Shown here: positions 1 to 9,585 of the stretch, in pieces | Numbering within the stretch: position 1 is the stretch's first letter | Layout of the letters: each line of letters begins with the position of its first letter | Assembly (NCBI GenBank): GCA_028282925.1 | Contig: JANQGV010000012.1 | Span: forward strand, 7,787 to 71,786 | Reading direction: 5' to 3' | Origin: Thermodesulfobacteriota bacterium | GTDB lineage: Bacteria > Desulfobacterota > WTBG01 > CAIYCZ01 > CAIRTM01 | DNA: 64,000 bases | Program-made: the position numbers and the translations under genes | The notes under the pieces: generated by a model | What the model was told of the DNA's origin: nothing | The model's input: only the letters and a program-made list of their open reading frames with translations | Database searches by the model: none

Positions 1-183
1 TAGCATTCCCCGTCGTCATAGCAGTCTACAACGGTCTCGTTGTCAAGCAGGAGAATCTCATCAGCATAGCTGTTTTGAGTTGCTCCAAGACTGAATGTGA
101 CGGAAATAAAAAGTAAAATCAATAGCTTAATGCTACTGGTTGCCCCTGTTGTTTGGAAAAGACGTCTGCCCCTCTTGCCGTGC
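1..183 (-). CDS. Partial N-terminal fragment of a small secreted protein; the gene runs off the window start
   Basis: Reverse-strand ATG at 183-181 gives MHGKRGRRLFQTTGATSSIKLLILLFISVTFSLGATQNSYADE..., with a hydrophobic signal-peptide-like core. The reading frame is open to position 1. It is absent from the ORF track because it is incomplete. Confidence 0.3.
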
Positions 184-555
184 ATGTTTTTTGCCTCCAA
201 TGCTGGTTTGTCAGCACGTAGCTGATGTTCTCTGCCTGTATTCCTGATACAAGCATACCTTATTTCCTAATATAAGTAGTACTTTATCCTATCAAAACGG
301 TCAAGGAAAAATACTTAATTTATTGTGAATTAAGTAAATATTACTATTATTTATTTGATTAATAATAATAAATAATTAGCGTCCGTTTTGTTTTTAAGCT
401 GCTGAATTTGCTTATATTCTGTAGTAAATACCGTCGTTACCGGGGACAAAAATGATAATTTCCGACAATACATAACGAATTATGCCTATGTGACTTTGAG
501 GGAGGGGTACTTTTACACTCAAAGAGAGCCGTTTTACCAATTATCTGCTGATGAA

Positions 556-756
556 TTAGTCTTCGCTGTCAAGCTCCATAAGCTTTGATTCAGCAACGCT
601 GGCTCTCCAGTCGCTCAACAGGACATCAATCTTATGTTCAATGCTTTCATGCTCATTTTGCAGTTCATATATCTGCTGCCTGATGGCACTTGCCTTGTTT
701 TTCAAGGTGTATATTTGTTCCAGCAGATTCTGGGGGTCTTTTTGCGTTTTTTTCAT
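556..756 (-). CDS. Small coiled-coil protein, DUF465 (YdcH)-like
   Basis: 66 aa, highly charged and helical (LLEQIYTLKNKASAIRQQIYELQNEHESIEHKIDVLL). Size and heptad pattern resemble the DUF465 family. No other evidence. Confidence 0.45.
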   Translation of the reverse strand: MKKTQKDPQNLLEQIYTLKNKASAIRQQIYELQNEHESIEHKIDVLLSDWRASVAESKLMELDSED

Positions 757-962
757 TTTTTATACCTATATGGATTTTTTTCATAGAGATGTTTCGGTTT
801 TGTGTGCCACCCTCTCAATAGTTACTGTTGCGTCAATACAACTGAATTGCATAGCATCATTTGGTAGTATAAAAGGGCTGGAAAAGCAAGATAATACTCC
901 GTACCCCACAGTGTTTGATGAGGTTTTTAATGTGGAGCTGTGTAATTGAATCCGCATGTATC

Positions 963-991
963 TTGACTTTTCGGGAATTCTTTTATACAGT
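963..991 (+). promoter_or_regulatory. Putative sigma-70 promoter for the riboswitch-btuFCD operon
   Basis: TTGACT at 963-968, a 17-nt spacer, then TACAGT at 986-991, just upstream of the riboswitch aptamer. Confidence 0.3.
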
Positions 992-999
992 CAAAACAG

Positions 1000-1205
1000 T
1001 TCAGGTGCTCATTTCGAGCATAACAGGGAACTCCGTGTGATTCGGAGACGGGCCCGCCGCTGTAATCGGGGACGAACGCCGCAACCATGTCACTGTTTCG
1101 ATGAATCGAAATGGGAAGACGCGGCCAGTAGAATGATCCGTAAGTCAGAAGACCTACCTGGGCAGAGGACACGACCGCCGTGGCACCGGAGGTTGTCCGC
1201 ATATG
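1000..1205 (+). promoter_or_regulatory. Cobalamin (B12) riboswitch, copy 1
   Basis: Conserved cobalamin-riboswitch elements read directly: AACAGGGAA...GGTGTGATTCGGAGACGGGCCCGCCGCTGTAA, then GTCACTG...GGGAAGACGCGGCC, and the B12 box AAGTCAGAAGACCTACCTGG. It lies directly upstream of a btuF-like gene. Confidence 0.8.
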
Positions 1206-1235
1206 TATATATTAAGATTTTGAGGATAAAAAAGG

Positions 1236-1277
1236 GAAATCCCCAAATCGTCTGCTGCGATTTGGGGATTTTTTTAT
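1236..1277 (+). terminator. Rho-independent terminator, expression platform of riboswitch 1
   Basis: Hairpin ATCCCCAAATCG-tctgctg-CGATTTGGGGAT followed by TTTTTTT, 20 nt before the btuF start codon. Confidence 0.6.
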
Positions 1278-1295
1278 GCAACAAACAGTTGAGCT

Positions 1296-2210
1296 ATGAT
1301 CATGCGAACAGCTTTTTTTGTTATTACTTTGCTGGCCGGTTTGTTTTTGCTGCCGCCCGGACCTTCCACCACTCACGCCGGAACTGTACGAGACCATATG
1401 AACAGGGAGGTCATGGTTCCGGAAAATCCGCAGAGAATAGTAGCGCTGGCTCCAAGTGTTACCGAGATAGTATTTGCACTGGGCCAGGGGCACCGGCTTA
1501 AAGGGGTGACCCTCTTCAGCAATTACCCTCCATCTGCTGAAAAGCTTCCCAGGGTGGGCTCTTACGTCCATCCCGAAATTGAAAGAATTGCGGCGCTGAA
1601 GCCGGACCTGTGTATCGGCATCAGGGACGGTAACCCGGTGCAGATCGTCGGGCAACTGGATACATTACGCATCCCTCTCTATATAGTCAATCCGGTGGAC
1701 CTTGAGACGGTTATGGAATCCATTGTGCTGATCGGCACCATCCTGGATGCCCGTGCGCAGGCACAGAAGCTTGTGCAAAAAATGGCTGTCGGCATTCAGC
1801 AGGTCAAGCAGCGGACTGCAATGAGCGCCCATCGGCCGCGGGTTTTTTTTCAGATCGGTATTGCCCCCATAGTTTCGGCGGGAGCACATACTTTTATTCA
1901 TGAAATCATCAAAGCAGCAGGTGGCAAAAACTGCGCGGCGGGCCCTGCGCCCTATCCGCGTTTTTCGCGCGAAGAAGTTCTGGTTCTGGCCCCGGAGGTT
2001 ATTATTATAACTTCCATGGCCCGGGCATCATCGGAACGCTTCGATGAGGTTAAAAAGGTGTGGAGTTCATGGACGAACATACCGGCGGTGCGCAACAATC
2101 GCATACATGTCGTCGATTCAGATATCTTTGATCGTCCCGGACCCCGCATGGTTGAAGGCTTAATGGTGTTGGCGAGTCTTCTGCATCCGGAGCTATACAC
2201 TCATGACTAG
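1296..2210 (+). CDS. btuF: ABC transporter periplasmic substrate-binding protein, cobalamin/siderophore class (BtuF/FecB-like)
   Basis: Signal peptide present. Class III SBP features include LAPSVTEIVFALG and PDLCIG. Sits under a B12 riboswitch and is followed by a FecCD permease and an ATPase. Confidence 0.85.
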   Translation: MIMRTAFFVITLLAGLFLLPPGPSTTHAGTVRDHMNREVMVPENPQRIVALAPSVTEIVFALGQGHRLKGVTLFSNYPPSAEKLPRVGSYVHPEIERIAALKPDLCIGIRDGNPVQIVGQLDTLRIPLYIVNPVDLETVMESIVLIGTILDARAQAQKLVQKMAVGIQQVKQRTAMSAHRPRVFFQIGIAPIVSAGAHTFIHEIIKAAGGKNCAAGPAPYPRFSREEVLVLAPEVIIITSMARASSERFDEVKKVWSSWTNIPAVRNNRIHVVDSDIFDRPGPRMVEGLMVLASLLHPELYTHD

Positions 2211-3207
2211 TACGCCTGTGCTGAATCGCATTCTGTCCGCCTCGGTAATACTTCTAATCGTATTGCTGGCGGCCGTCTTCCTCGGGATTTCCACGGGACC
2301 CGCGGGCACCGGATTCAAAGAGGTTCTCAATTCCCTCTCAGGCAAGCAGCCGGACGACCAGTTTCTGGAGTCCGTTATATGGCGTTTGCGGTTTCCCCGG
2401 GTGCTGATGGCCGCGCTGGTGGGTGCAGCACTTTCTCTGGGAGGACTGGTGTTTCAGGCAATCCTGCGCAATCCTCTTGCCGAACCGTACATACTGGGCG
2501 TTTCCGGAGGGTCCGCCATCGGTGCCATCATCGGCATTCTGCTGGGGCTTGCGCGCTTTCCCGGCGTTAGCCTGTGTGCGTTTATAGGCAGCATGGGCAC
2601 GCTGCTGCTGGTGCTTTTCATCTCCTCCGGCCGGACAATTCTCAAAAAAGATTCCCTGTTGCTTTCGGGAGTGATAATCAACGCCTTTTGTTCCGCAGTC
2701 ATTATGTTCCTGATCTCTATGGCACAGGATTACCGGCTGCACAGCATCATGTACTGGATGATGGGGGACCTTTCGTCTGCCGACCTTTCACAAATCGGTA
2801 TCCTGGCCTGTATGGTTATTCCCTGTTTTTTATTGATTTTTCTGCTTGCCCACGCCATGAATGCCCTTCTTATGGGAGAGGATATGGCCGGATCTATGGG
2901 GATACACGTACGTGCTGTCATTGCGGGGCTGCTTGTTACAACATCATTTATGGTCAGTGTTACGGTCTGCTACTGCGGCCTGCTGGGCTTTGTGGGGCTC
3001 GTGATGCCCCATATGCTGCGGTTGCTGCTGGGCCCAGACCACAGGGTTTTGGTTCCGGCATGCCTTATAGGCGGTGGAGCCTATATGATCATTTGCGATA
3101 TGCTGGCGCGGGTTCTCCCCCGGCAGGGTGAGATGCCCTGCGGGGTCATCACCGCAATGATAGGTGCCCCGGTTTTCATTTTTCTGCTGCGGAGGGCCAG
3201 ACGGTGA
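2203..3207 (+). CDS. btuC: ABC transporter permease, FecCD family (BtuC-like)
   Basis: 334 aa, about 9-10 predicted TM helices, with the typical FecCD motifs RxPRxL and GGxxYM. Translationally coupled to flanking genes (overlaps by 8 and 4 nt). Confidence 0.9.
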   Translation: MTSTPVLNRILSASVILLIVLLAAVFLGISTGPAGTGFKEVLNSLSGKQPDDQFLESVIWRLRFPRVLMAALVGAALSLGGLVFQAILRNPLAEPYILGVSGGSAIGAIIGILLGLARFPGVSLCAFIGSMGTLLLVLFISSGRTILKKDSLLLSGVIINAFCSAVIMFLISMAQDYRLHSIMYWMMGDLSSADLSQIGILACMVIPCFLLIFLLAHAMNALLMGEDMAGSMGIHVRAVIAGLLVTTSFMVSVTVCYCGLLGFVGLVMPHMLRLLLGPDHRVLVPACLIGGGAYMIICDMLARVLPRQGEMPCGVITAMIGAPVFIFLLRRARR

Positions 3208-4007
3208 ACGCTGCCTTAACCGCTCATACTCTGAGCTATTCATTCAAAAACAACCGTGTCGTGCAGGGAGTTTCATTTACCGTTAGCGCCGGGGCGTTTT
3301 TCGTCGTTATCGGTCCCAACGGATCGGGCAAAACAACCCTTCTGAAAATGCTGTGCGGCATAGCGAAGCCTGAAACGGGCACTGTAGAAATCTTTGGGCG
3401 GAAACTGCGAGAGTATGGACGCGCTGCGCTGGCAAGAGCCGTTGCGCTGGTGCCGCAGATTATGCCGCTCAACTTTCCGTTTACCGTGCAGGAAGCGGTT
3501 TTGTTGGGCCGCACACCCCATCTGGGCCTGATAGGCCTGGAGCGTCATGCGGATCTGGAGATCGCCCGACAGGCGATGGAGTTTACCGACATTGATCATC
3601 TTTCGCAAAGGAAAATAGACCAGCTAAGCGGTGGAGAGCTGCAGCGCGTTTTCATTGCACGCGCTATCTGCCAGCAGCCGCGCATCATACTGCTTGATGA
3701 GCCCACCGCATCGCTGGATCTATCGCACCAGGTGCGCATAATGGATTTAATGGAAAAATTACGAGTCGAGCAGGGAATTACCGTTGTCCTGGTTTCTCAT
3801 GACGTGAATCTGGCTGCCATGTATGCCGATACGTTGCTGCTGCTTGAAAAGGGGCACATAGCGGGCAGCGGATCTCCTGCCGGCGTGCTTTGCCGGGAGG
3901 TCATCGAATCGGTGTACGGATGTCCGGTTGTGATCGACAAAAACCCTCTGGGACAAACACCACGAGTAACGCCGGTTCCGGCCCTATCCAGCAAAATTGG
4001 AGAATGA
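3204..4007 (+). CDS. btuD: ABC transporter ATP-binding protein (BtuD/FepC-like)
   Basis: Walker A GPNGSGKTT, signature LSGGELQRV, Walker B ILLLDEP, H-loop SHD. Confidence 0.9.
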   Translation: MNAALTAHTLSYSFKNNRVVQGVSFTVSAGAFFVVIGPNGSGKTTLLKMLCGIAKPETGTVEIFGRKLREYGRAALARAVALVPQIMPLNFPFTVQEAVLLGRTPHLGLIGLERHADLEIARQAMEFTDIDHLSQRKIDQLSGGELQRVFIARAICQQPRIILLDEPTASLDLSHQVRIMDLMEKLRVEQGITVVLVSHDVNLAAMYADTLLLLEKGHIAGSGSPAGVLCREVIESVYGCPVVIDKNPLGQTPRVTPVPALSSKIGE

Positions 4008-5517
4008 TTCTATGAGATTTTTATTACACCCCATGAACGTCCCGGCAATCATAATCTTGTGTCTGGCCTGTTTGGGCTTTGCCGGGGGGGCGACACATGC
4101 GGAGACACTCTTTGTTGTGACAACCGATTATGAATCGGGGGGGCATTCGGTTCTGGATACCCAAAGCTTTTCGGCAAGCACACACCAGGGCACGATTTTT
4201 CAGGACGCTGTTGTCCGCAGCTTCGGTGACAACGTGTATGTTGTCGAGCGCTGGCACGGTGACAATATCCTTATTTATCATAAAAACAATCTGGAAAAAC
4301 CGGTGCGCCAGTTTTCAGTCGGCAGCGGAACCAATCCCCATGACTTCCTGCTTTTGAGTGAAACCCGGGCCTATGTGACGCTTTACGAGGAGTCGGAGCT
4401 TCTTATCGTAAATCCTCAAACCGGCTTACGGACCGGCTCCATAGACCTTTCGGCCTATGCCGATGCTGACGGTATTCCGGAAATGGATCTCATGATTCGA
4501 TACGGCGATTATGTATTCGTGTCCCTTCAAAGGCTCGATCGAACCAGGATGTTTCAGCCCACGGGGACAAGTGCCGTCGTTGTTATCGATTTGCGCACGG
4601 ACACCATTGTAGACACTGACCCGCGGCAGCCGGGCACCCAGGCTATCGAGCTGACCCGCACGAATCCTGTTGATATGCAGTATGTGGCGGCGACAGGTAA
4701 AATACTGGTCGCTGAAGCCGGCAGCTACTACACTACCGACGACGGCGGGCTGGAGTTTGTGGACCCGGTTGCGCTTACAGGAGAAGGCGTCCTCATGACC
4801 GAAGCCGAGCTGGGTGGGCAAATCGGCGGGGCCTTTGGAGCCTTGACCATGACGGACAGTGACCAGGGGTATGCCATAATCATGACCGAGGACTGGCTTG
4901 AGTCCCGGGTGGTACGCTTTAATATTGAAACCCGCAGCGCCCGCGCGGTGCATGCGCCGAACTCCGGATTTGTGCATTCGGATATTCTGCTGCGTAACGA
5001 TCTACTGTATGTTTGTGATCGAACGCGGTATGCCCCGGGCATACGGATTTTCGACACCCGTAGCGACAATGAGATTACTTCCCAACCGATCGAAACAGGG
5101 CTTCCACCGTTCTGCCTGACAGCCATCGGGGCCGACGACATGCCGACAGGCGTGCCCGGTTCATCCGTACCCGACAATGATACGCAGCCTGAGGAGTCGA
5201 TGCAATTTGTGACGGCCGTTCTTTCGAACTCCGACATGCCTGTATTTACAGACGTTTTTGTTTTTAATGCCGACGGGTCGTTTGTTTTGAAAAAATTTGA
5301 GCAATACGGCAGCGGTGATTTCTATTATATAACACCGACCCTTGTTCATTTTATTTTCAATAACGGCGCCGCCGTTGATATCCAGTATATCCAGGGTACC
5401 GGAATAGTTCTTAACGGCTTGACCGACCGGCTGATTTTCGGTGCGGGCAGCTATATGATAGATTACTCAATTTTCCCGATGCTCTTTGCGGGCCGGGAAG
5501 TTATGGCCCCGCAGTAA
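3997..5517 (+). CDS. Secreted surface protein with a YncE-like beta-propeller N-domain (BtuG-like candidate) and a C-terminal domain paralogous to ORF 7725-8189. True start probably at M4012 (MRFLLHP...)
   Basis: Signal peptide IIILCLACLGFAGGATHA. Residues ~80-150 (NVYVVERWHGDN...FSVGSGTNPHDFLL...LIVNPQTGL) align with the N-terminus of ORF 13105-15219. Its position between btuFCD and a BtuB-like receptor mirrors Bacteroidetes btuG. The C-terminal ~110 aa match ORF 7725-8189. Confidence 0.6.
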   Translation: MENDSMRFLLHPMNVPAIIILCLACLGFAGGATHAETLFVVTTDYESGGHSVLDTQSFSASTHQGTIFQDAVVRSFGDNVYVVERWHGDNILIYHKNNLEKPVRQFSVGSGTNPHDFLLLSETRAYVTLYEESELLIVNPQTGLRTGSIDLSAYADADGIPEMDLMIRYGDYVFVSLQRLDRTRMFQPTGTSAVVVIDLRTDTIVDTDPRQPGTQAIELTRTNPVDMQYVAATGKILVAEAGSYYTTDDGGLEFVDPVALTGEGVLMTEAELGGQIGGAFGALTMTDSDQGYAIIMTEDWLESRVVRFNIETRSARAVHAPNSGFVHSDILLRNDLLYVCDRTRYAPGIRIFDTRSDNEITSQPIETGLPPFCLTAIGADDMPTGVPGSSVPDNDTQPEESMQFVTAVLSNSDMPVFTDVFVFNADGSFVLKKFEQYGSGDFYYITPTLVHFIFNNGAAVDIQYIQGTGIVLNGLTDRLIFGAGSYMIDYSIFPMLFAGREVMAPQ

Positions 5518-5523
5518 AGATAT

Positions 5524-7656
5524 ATGACACACTGTTTCGGAGGTACCATTGCCGTTTTGTTCCATAGAGGGTTTCTGCTGATGCTTGCCGCCTCAAGCAT
5601 AATAACACTATTTCCGCCCCGGATGTATGCGCAGGAACAGTATCGGCTCGGAGAGGTGGTCGTCAGTGCCGAACAGCATGACGGCCCGACTTCCGGATCA
5701 GCCGATGCGACCGGGTTTGCAACGGTGATTCAGGTTGATGAGTTGCCTTCGCAGGTGACCTCTCTGCCGGAGGTCCTGGATCAGGCAGTGGGTGTTACGG
5801 TAAAACAGCACGGGGGGCTGGGCAGTTTCAGCACCATTTCCATCAGGGGTTCGTCTTCTGAACAGGTTGTCATCTATCTTGACGGTATTCTGTTAAACAA
5901 GGCGGTATCGGGTGTTGTCGATCTGGCGGACATTCCTCTCGACAGCCTGGAAAAAATAGAGATATACCGCGGAACCTCTCCGGCACGGTTCGGTGGATCG
6001 GGTATCGGCGGTGTTGTTAATCTCGTTACCCGGTCCGCCAAAAAACCGTTGAGCGTCAGGGCCGGGTACTCATTCGGTTCGTTCGAAACCCACAAAGCCA
6101 ATCTGTATCTTGCCGGTTCAACCGATAGCCTGACCGGCACTCTGATATATAATCGCCTGCAAAGCGATGGTGATTTCGAGTTCAAAGATGACCGGGGAAC
6201 GGCATACAACAGATCCGACGACCGCCGGACCCACCGGCGCAACAATACGCTCACCGCCGACAATCTTATCGCCAAAGGCAGCTATGCGTTCCCCGGCGGA
6301 TTGGTGCTCAGCGCCCATACCGATATCTTCAAAAAGCACCGTGGTGTTCCGGGTATCGGCAGCTACCAGTCCCGGCAGGCGCGGCTGCGGACATTCCGGA
6401 GCCTTTCGCAGGTGAGGATGACAAAAAGAAACGCATTTACCCCGGGACTGGACGTGGAATTGAGCTGCTCCTACAGTTATCAGCGCCAGAAGTTCAGGGA
6501 TCTGAAGGATGAAATCGGCCTGGGACGCCAGAACAACACGGATGACACAAAAAACAGTACCGTCAGGCTGCTGGTATCCTATATGCCGGGGGAGATACAC
6601 TCCTTCACGCTGCTTGGTGAAATTTCCCGTGAAACCTATGAGTCCCGGGACAAGCTGGCAAGCCTTTCCGAGCCGGATTCCGGCAGTACAATCAGCTGGA
6701 TGTACGGCTTTGTCGAAAATGCACGCGATAACAACCGCCGAATAACACGCACCGATGAGCAGAAACGATATAGCTATACGATGAGCCTCGAGGATGAAAT
6801 CTATCTCTTCAACGACAGACTGCTCATATCGCCTTCCGCAAAAATCAATTACTACCAAAACGATTTTAAAGGTGCCGTACCGTTTTCCTCGGTTCCCATA
6901 GCGCCCGAGGCCGATACCGCTGAAACGCATTTGACGCGTAAACTGGGTATGGCTTTTTTCATCACAGATGGACTGAAGCTGAAGGCCAACATCGGCAAGT
7001 ATTATCGAATACCCAATTTTTACGAGCTGTTCGGCGACCGCGGTGCCGTTGTGGGCAATACGGACCTGGAGCCCGAAGACGGCCTTGTCTGGGATGTCGG
7101 CCTTACATTTACCGGAAGGCCGTTTCCTTCGATTATCAAATCCTGCACCCTGGAATACTCATATTTCTATAATGATGTCGATGATCTGATTATTTTTATC
7201 CAGAACTCACAGCGCACATCCATCGCCCAAAACATTTCCAGCGCTCAAGTCAAGGGACATGAGTTTTTCTGGCGCATCCGGTTTTGCCGGCCCATACTGA
7301 TTTCCGGCAACCTTACCATTCAGGACACCCGCGACCGGAGCCGTACTGCCTACTGGCGCAACAACAGGCTGCCGGGCCGCCCGAAATATGAGCTGTTCAA
7401 CCGTGTTGAGGTTTTTTCGGAACATTTCCGACTGTTTCATGAAATTGAATTCATTGATGAGAGCTGGCTTGACCGGGCCAATATAAAAAAGATCGACCGG
7501 CGAACATTTCAAAATGCAGGCATTTCCTGGAGCCCGGTCAAACAGATTGTATTCACATTTGAGGTGAAAAACATCACCGACCGACACAGTGAAGATGTTA
7601 TCGGATACCCCCTGCCGGGGCGAACGTTTTTCGGGACACTGGATGTGTTTTATTAA
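5524..7656 (+). CDS. btuB: TonB-dependent outer-membrane receptor (BtuB-like). True start probably near 5581 (MLAASSIITLF...)
   Basis: Signal peptide, TonB box GEVVVSAE, plug-domain motifs (IRGSSSEQV, IEIYRGTS, SGIGGVVNLVT), and a long beta-barrel with a C-terminal aromatic residue. Confidence 0.85.
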   Translation: MTHCFGGTIAVLFHRGFLLMLAASSIITLFPPRMYAQEQYRLGEVVVSAEQHDGPTSGSADATGFATVIQVDELPSQVTSLPEVLDQAVGVTVKQHGGLGSFSTISIRGSSSEQVVIYLDGILLNKAVSGVVDLADIPLDSLEKIEIYRGTSPARFGGSGIGGVVNLVTRSAKKPLSVRAGYSFGSFETHKANLYLAGSTDSLTGTLIYNRLQSDGDFEFKDDRGTAYNRSDDRRTHRRNNTLTADNLIAKGSYAFPGGLVLSAHTDIFKKHRGVPGIGSYQSRQARLRTFRSLSQVRMTKRNAFTPGLDVELSCSYSYQRQKFRDLKDEIGLGRQNNTDDTKNSTVRLLVSYMPGEIHSFTLLGEISRETYESRDKLASLSEPDSGSTISWMYGFVENARDNNRRITRTDEQKRYSYTMSLEDEIYLFNDRLLISPSAKINYYQNDFKGAVPFSSVPIAPEADTAETHLTRKLGMAFFITDGLKLKANIGKYYRIPNFYELFGDRGAVVGNTDLEPEDGLVWDVGLTFTGRPFPSIIKSCTLEYSYFYNDVDDLIIFIQNSQRTSIAQNISSAQVKGHEFFWRIRFCRPILISGNLTIQDTRDRSRTAYWRNNRLPGRPKYELFNRVEVFSEHFRLFHEIEFIDESWLDRANIKKIDRRTFQNAGISWSPVKQIVFTFEVKNITDRHSEDVIGYPLPGRTFFGTLDVFY

Positions 7657-7724
7657 AATGCATGTTTACTGTTATACAACGTGAACAGTAGCGCCTGCGG
7701 GAAGCTCTGTATATAAGGACAGCC

Positions 7725-8189
7725 ATGAAATATAGTATTTTTTCAGTATGTGTAGCGGTACTTATTATGTGCCCCGGCATGAAGACCGCCCGGGCGGAAT
7801 TGTTTCAGTGCGTGCAGGGAAAAGAGTTCCATATCACGGGTTTTTCAACCGGAGCCATCCCGGTTTTTACCGAAGTGCTCGTTTTTGGCGAAGACGGTAC
7901 GTTTATCATGAAAAAAATGGAGGCCTATGGTGACGGCCGGTACTACGAATTCCGGGCCGGTATTTTTTATTTTATATTTACAAACCGGTCCGGTATAGAC
8001 GTGCAGTACGCCGAAGGCTATGGGCTGTCGCTGCTGTCCGTCGCAGGCCAGGTGATACTCGGTGCGGGAAGTTTCATGATCGATTATACGCTTGAACCGC
8101 TGATATATATCGGGCTGGAGGTGTTTGGCCCGGAGGCCATGGGGACACAAAGCGAAAGAGAGGTGGTGGGCGATGCAGCAAAAAACTGA
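7725..8189 (+). CDS. Small secreted protein of unknown function, paralogous to the C-terminal domain of ORF 3997-5517
   Basis: Signal peptide (SVCVAVLIMCPGMKTARA). VFTEVLVFGEDGTFIMKKMEAYGDGRYYEF...IDVQYAEGYGL...ILGAGSFMIDYTLEP aligns with VFTDVFVFNADGSFVLKKFEQYGSGDFYYI...VDIQYIQGTGI...IFGAGSYMIDYSIFP of the 506-aa protein. Confidence 0.6.
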   Translation: MKYSIFSVCVAVLIMCPGMKTARAELFQCVQGKEFHITGFSTGAIPVFTEVLVFGEDGTFIMKKMEAYGDGRYYEFRAGIFYFIFTNRSGIDVQYAEGYGLSLLSVAGQVILGAGSFMIDYTLEPLIYIGLEVFGPEAMGTQSEREVVGDAAKN

Positions 8190-8865
8190 GACCCGCCGGA
8201 CCGACGATGCTACACCCATACGCATAGCTGTTCTGGCCTGCACAACCATGGCCGTTCAAGGTATAGAAACCTGCCTTGCCGAAAAAGCACCGTTGTGCGT
8301 TGTCGGCGGGTATACCTGGGAAGGTCTTGATGTCGCAGAAACAGAGATTGAGGAGTCCGGGCCAGATATCCTGTATGTGTTCGATGCTCCCGGTGCGTCC
8401 CAATGTATAACGTTTCTTGAGAACATGGCAAAACGCATGCCCGATCTTACATTCATCATACAGCTGCAGGGCCGGATGAAAAATCAGGAAATGGACTACA
8501 TTCAGTGTCCTTGTGTACGAGGTTTTCTCTATCCCGAGGATGATGCCGATCAGTTCGTAAAAGCGGCCGGGGCGGTAATGCGTAACGAGCGCTGGCTGCG
8601 CCGCAGTGTGTATGAACTGTATCTCTCCCATATCAGATCATCGTCCGGCAACAGGTCGTCAGGCACCTCGACCCGGCTTACCCGGCGCGAGCAGCAAATC
8701 GCATTTCAGGCAAGCTTCGGCATCAGCAACCGGGAGATCGCTTCAAAACTGTACATCAGCGAGGCTACGGTCAAGCTCCACTTGAACAAAATTTATCGCA
8801 AGCTGGGCATAAAAAATCGAACGCAGCTTTCCAGGCTTGCGCTGCGTTATGGAGAACAGGACTAG
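8173..8865 (+). CDS. LuxR/NarL-family transcriptional regulator with an atypical receiver-like N-domain. Alternative start at ATG 8173 avoids a 65-nt overlap
   Basis: C-terminal HTH LTRREQQIAFQASFGISNREIASKLYISEATVKLHLNKIYRKLGIKNR. The N-domain has DILYVFDAPG (a possible phospho-acceptor) but lacks the N-terminal acidic pair. Confidence 0.7.
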   Translation: MQQKTETRRTDDATPIRIAVLACTTMAVQGIETCLAEKAPLCVVGGYTWEGLDVAETEIEESGPDILYVFDAPGASQCITFLENMAKRMPDLTFIIQLQGRMKNQEMDYIQCPCVRGFLYPEDDADQFVKAAGAVMRNERWLRRSVYELYLSHIRSSSGNRSSGTSTRLTRREQQIAFQASFGISNREIASKLYISEATVKLHLNKIYRKLGIKNRTQLSRLALRYGEQD

Positions 8866-8958
8866 AAATATCACGTAGCAGTTTTAGCGTTCATTGCATT
8901 CAATGCCGTACGGCAAAAGAAGACATTTTTAAGAACGTTTCCCTTGGAGGGAGTTATT

Positions 8959-9585
8959 ATGCTTGAGCTCATTACAAAAGGGGGGATGCTCATGATCCCC
9001 ATAGCGGCGTGCTCAATAATAGGGCTGGCCATTATTATTGAACGGTCTTTTCGGCTTATGAAAAATAATCATTCCATTGATGCGGTGCTCAGCCCGGTAC
9101 TTGATGAAATAGAACAGGGGAGGGCTAAAGAAGCTTTTAAAAAAATCCAGTCTGTGCCGGGGCCCATCCCACGGGTCATATCTGCCGGCATTCAGGCCTA
9201 TGTCCGCTACCGGCAGGAACAGTATGTTGAGAAAGCACTTGTCCGAACCGGGTCCCGCGAACTGGCGTTGCTGGAGCAGAACCTGCGCGGCCTGAACGTT
9301 ATTGCCAATGTTGCACCTCTGCTGGGATTGCTGGGAACCGTTACCGGCATGATCAAAGCTTTTATGCAAATACAGCTGCAGGGCGGCACCGTCAACGCCG
9401 CGAGCCTGGCCGGGGGAATCTGGGAAGCAATGCTGACAACGGCCGCCGGCCTGTGTGTGGCCATCCCCTGCCTGCTGCTGTATAATTACTACATGGGCCG
9501 GATCAATAGAGTTGAGGCCGCCATGAAAAATGCTGCAATGGACCTGGTTGAAGTTATCCGCGAGAGGAAAGATGATGGAGTTTAA
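8959..9585 (+). CDS. exbB: MotA/TolQ/ExbB proton-channel protein
   Basis: Three TM segments and conserved NVAPLLGLLGTVTGMIKAF...GGIWEAMLTTAAGL. Confidence 0.85.
   Translation: MLELITKGGMLMIPIAACSIIGLAIIIERSFRLMKNNHSIDAVLSPVLDEIEQGRAKEAFKKIQSVPGPIPRVISAGIQAYVRYRQEQYVEKALVRTGSRELALLEQNLRGLNVIANVAPLLGLLGTVTGMIKAFMQIQLQGGTVNAASLAGGIWEAMLTTAAGLCVAIPCLLLYNYYMGRINRVEAAMKNAAMDLVEVIRERKDDGV

Noticed and set aside
641-1501. ORFs 641-949 (+), 927-1202 (-), 956-1501 (+), 1090-1284 (-) and 1212-1655 (-) upstream of, or overlapping, btuF
   Set aside because: They overlap the cobalamin riboswitch and its terminator or are antisense to btuF. Their translations are low-complexity and Cys/Arg-rich with no RBS. 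The region is better explained as a regulatory RNA.
6118-6930. 270-aa minus-strand ORF inside the TonB-dependent receptor gene (also 5874-6275 and 7207-7587)
   Set aside because: Antisense to a well-supported receptor CDS. This is high-GC frame noise.
8074-8631. 185-aa and shorter minus-strand ORFs antisense to the LuxR regulator
   Set aside because: They overlap a motif-supported CDS on the other strand and have no independent support.
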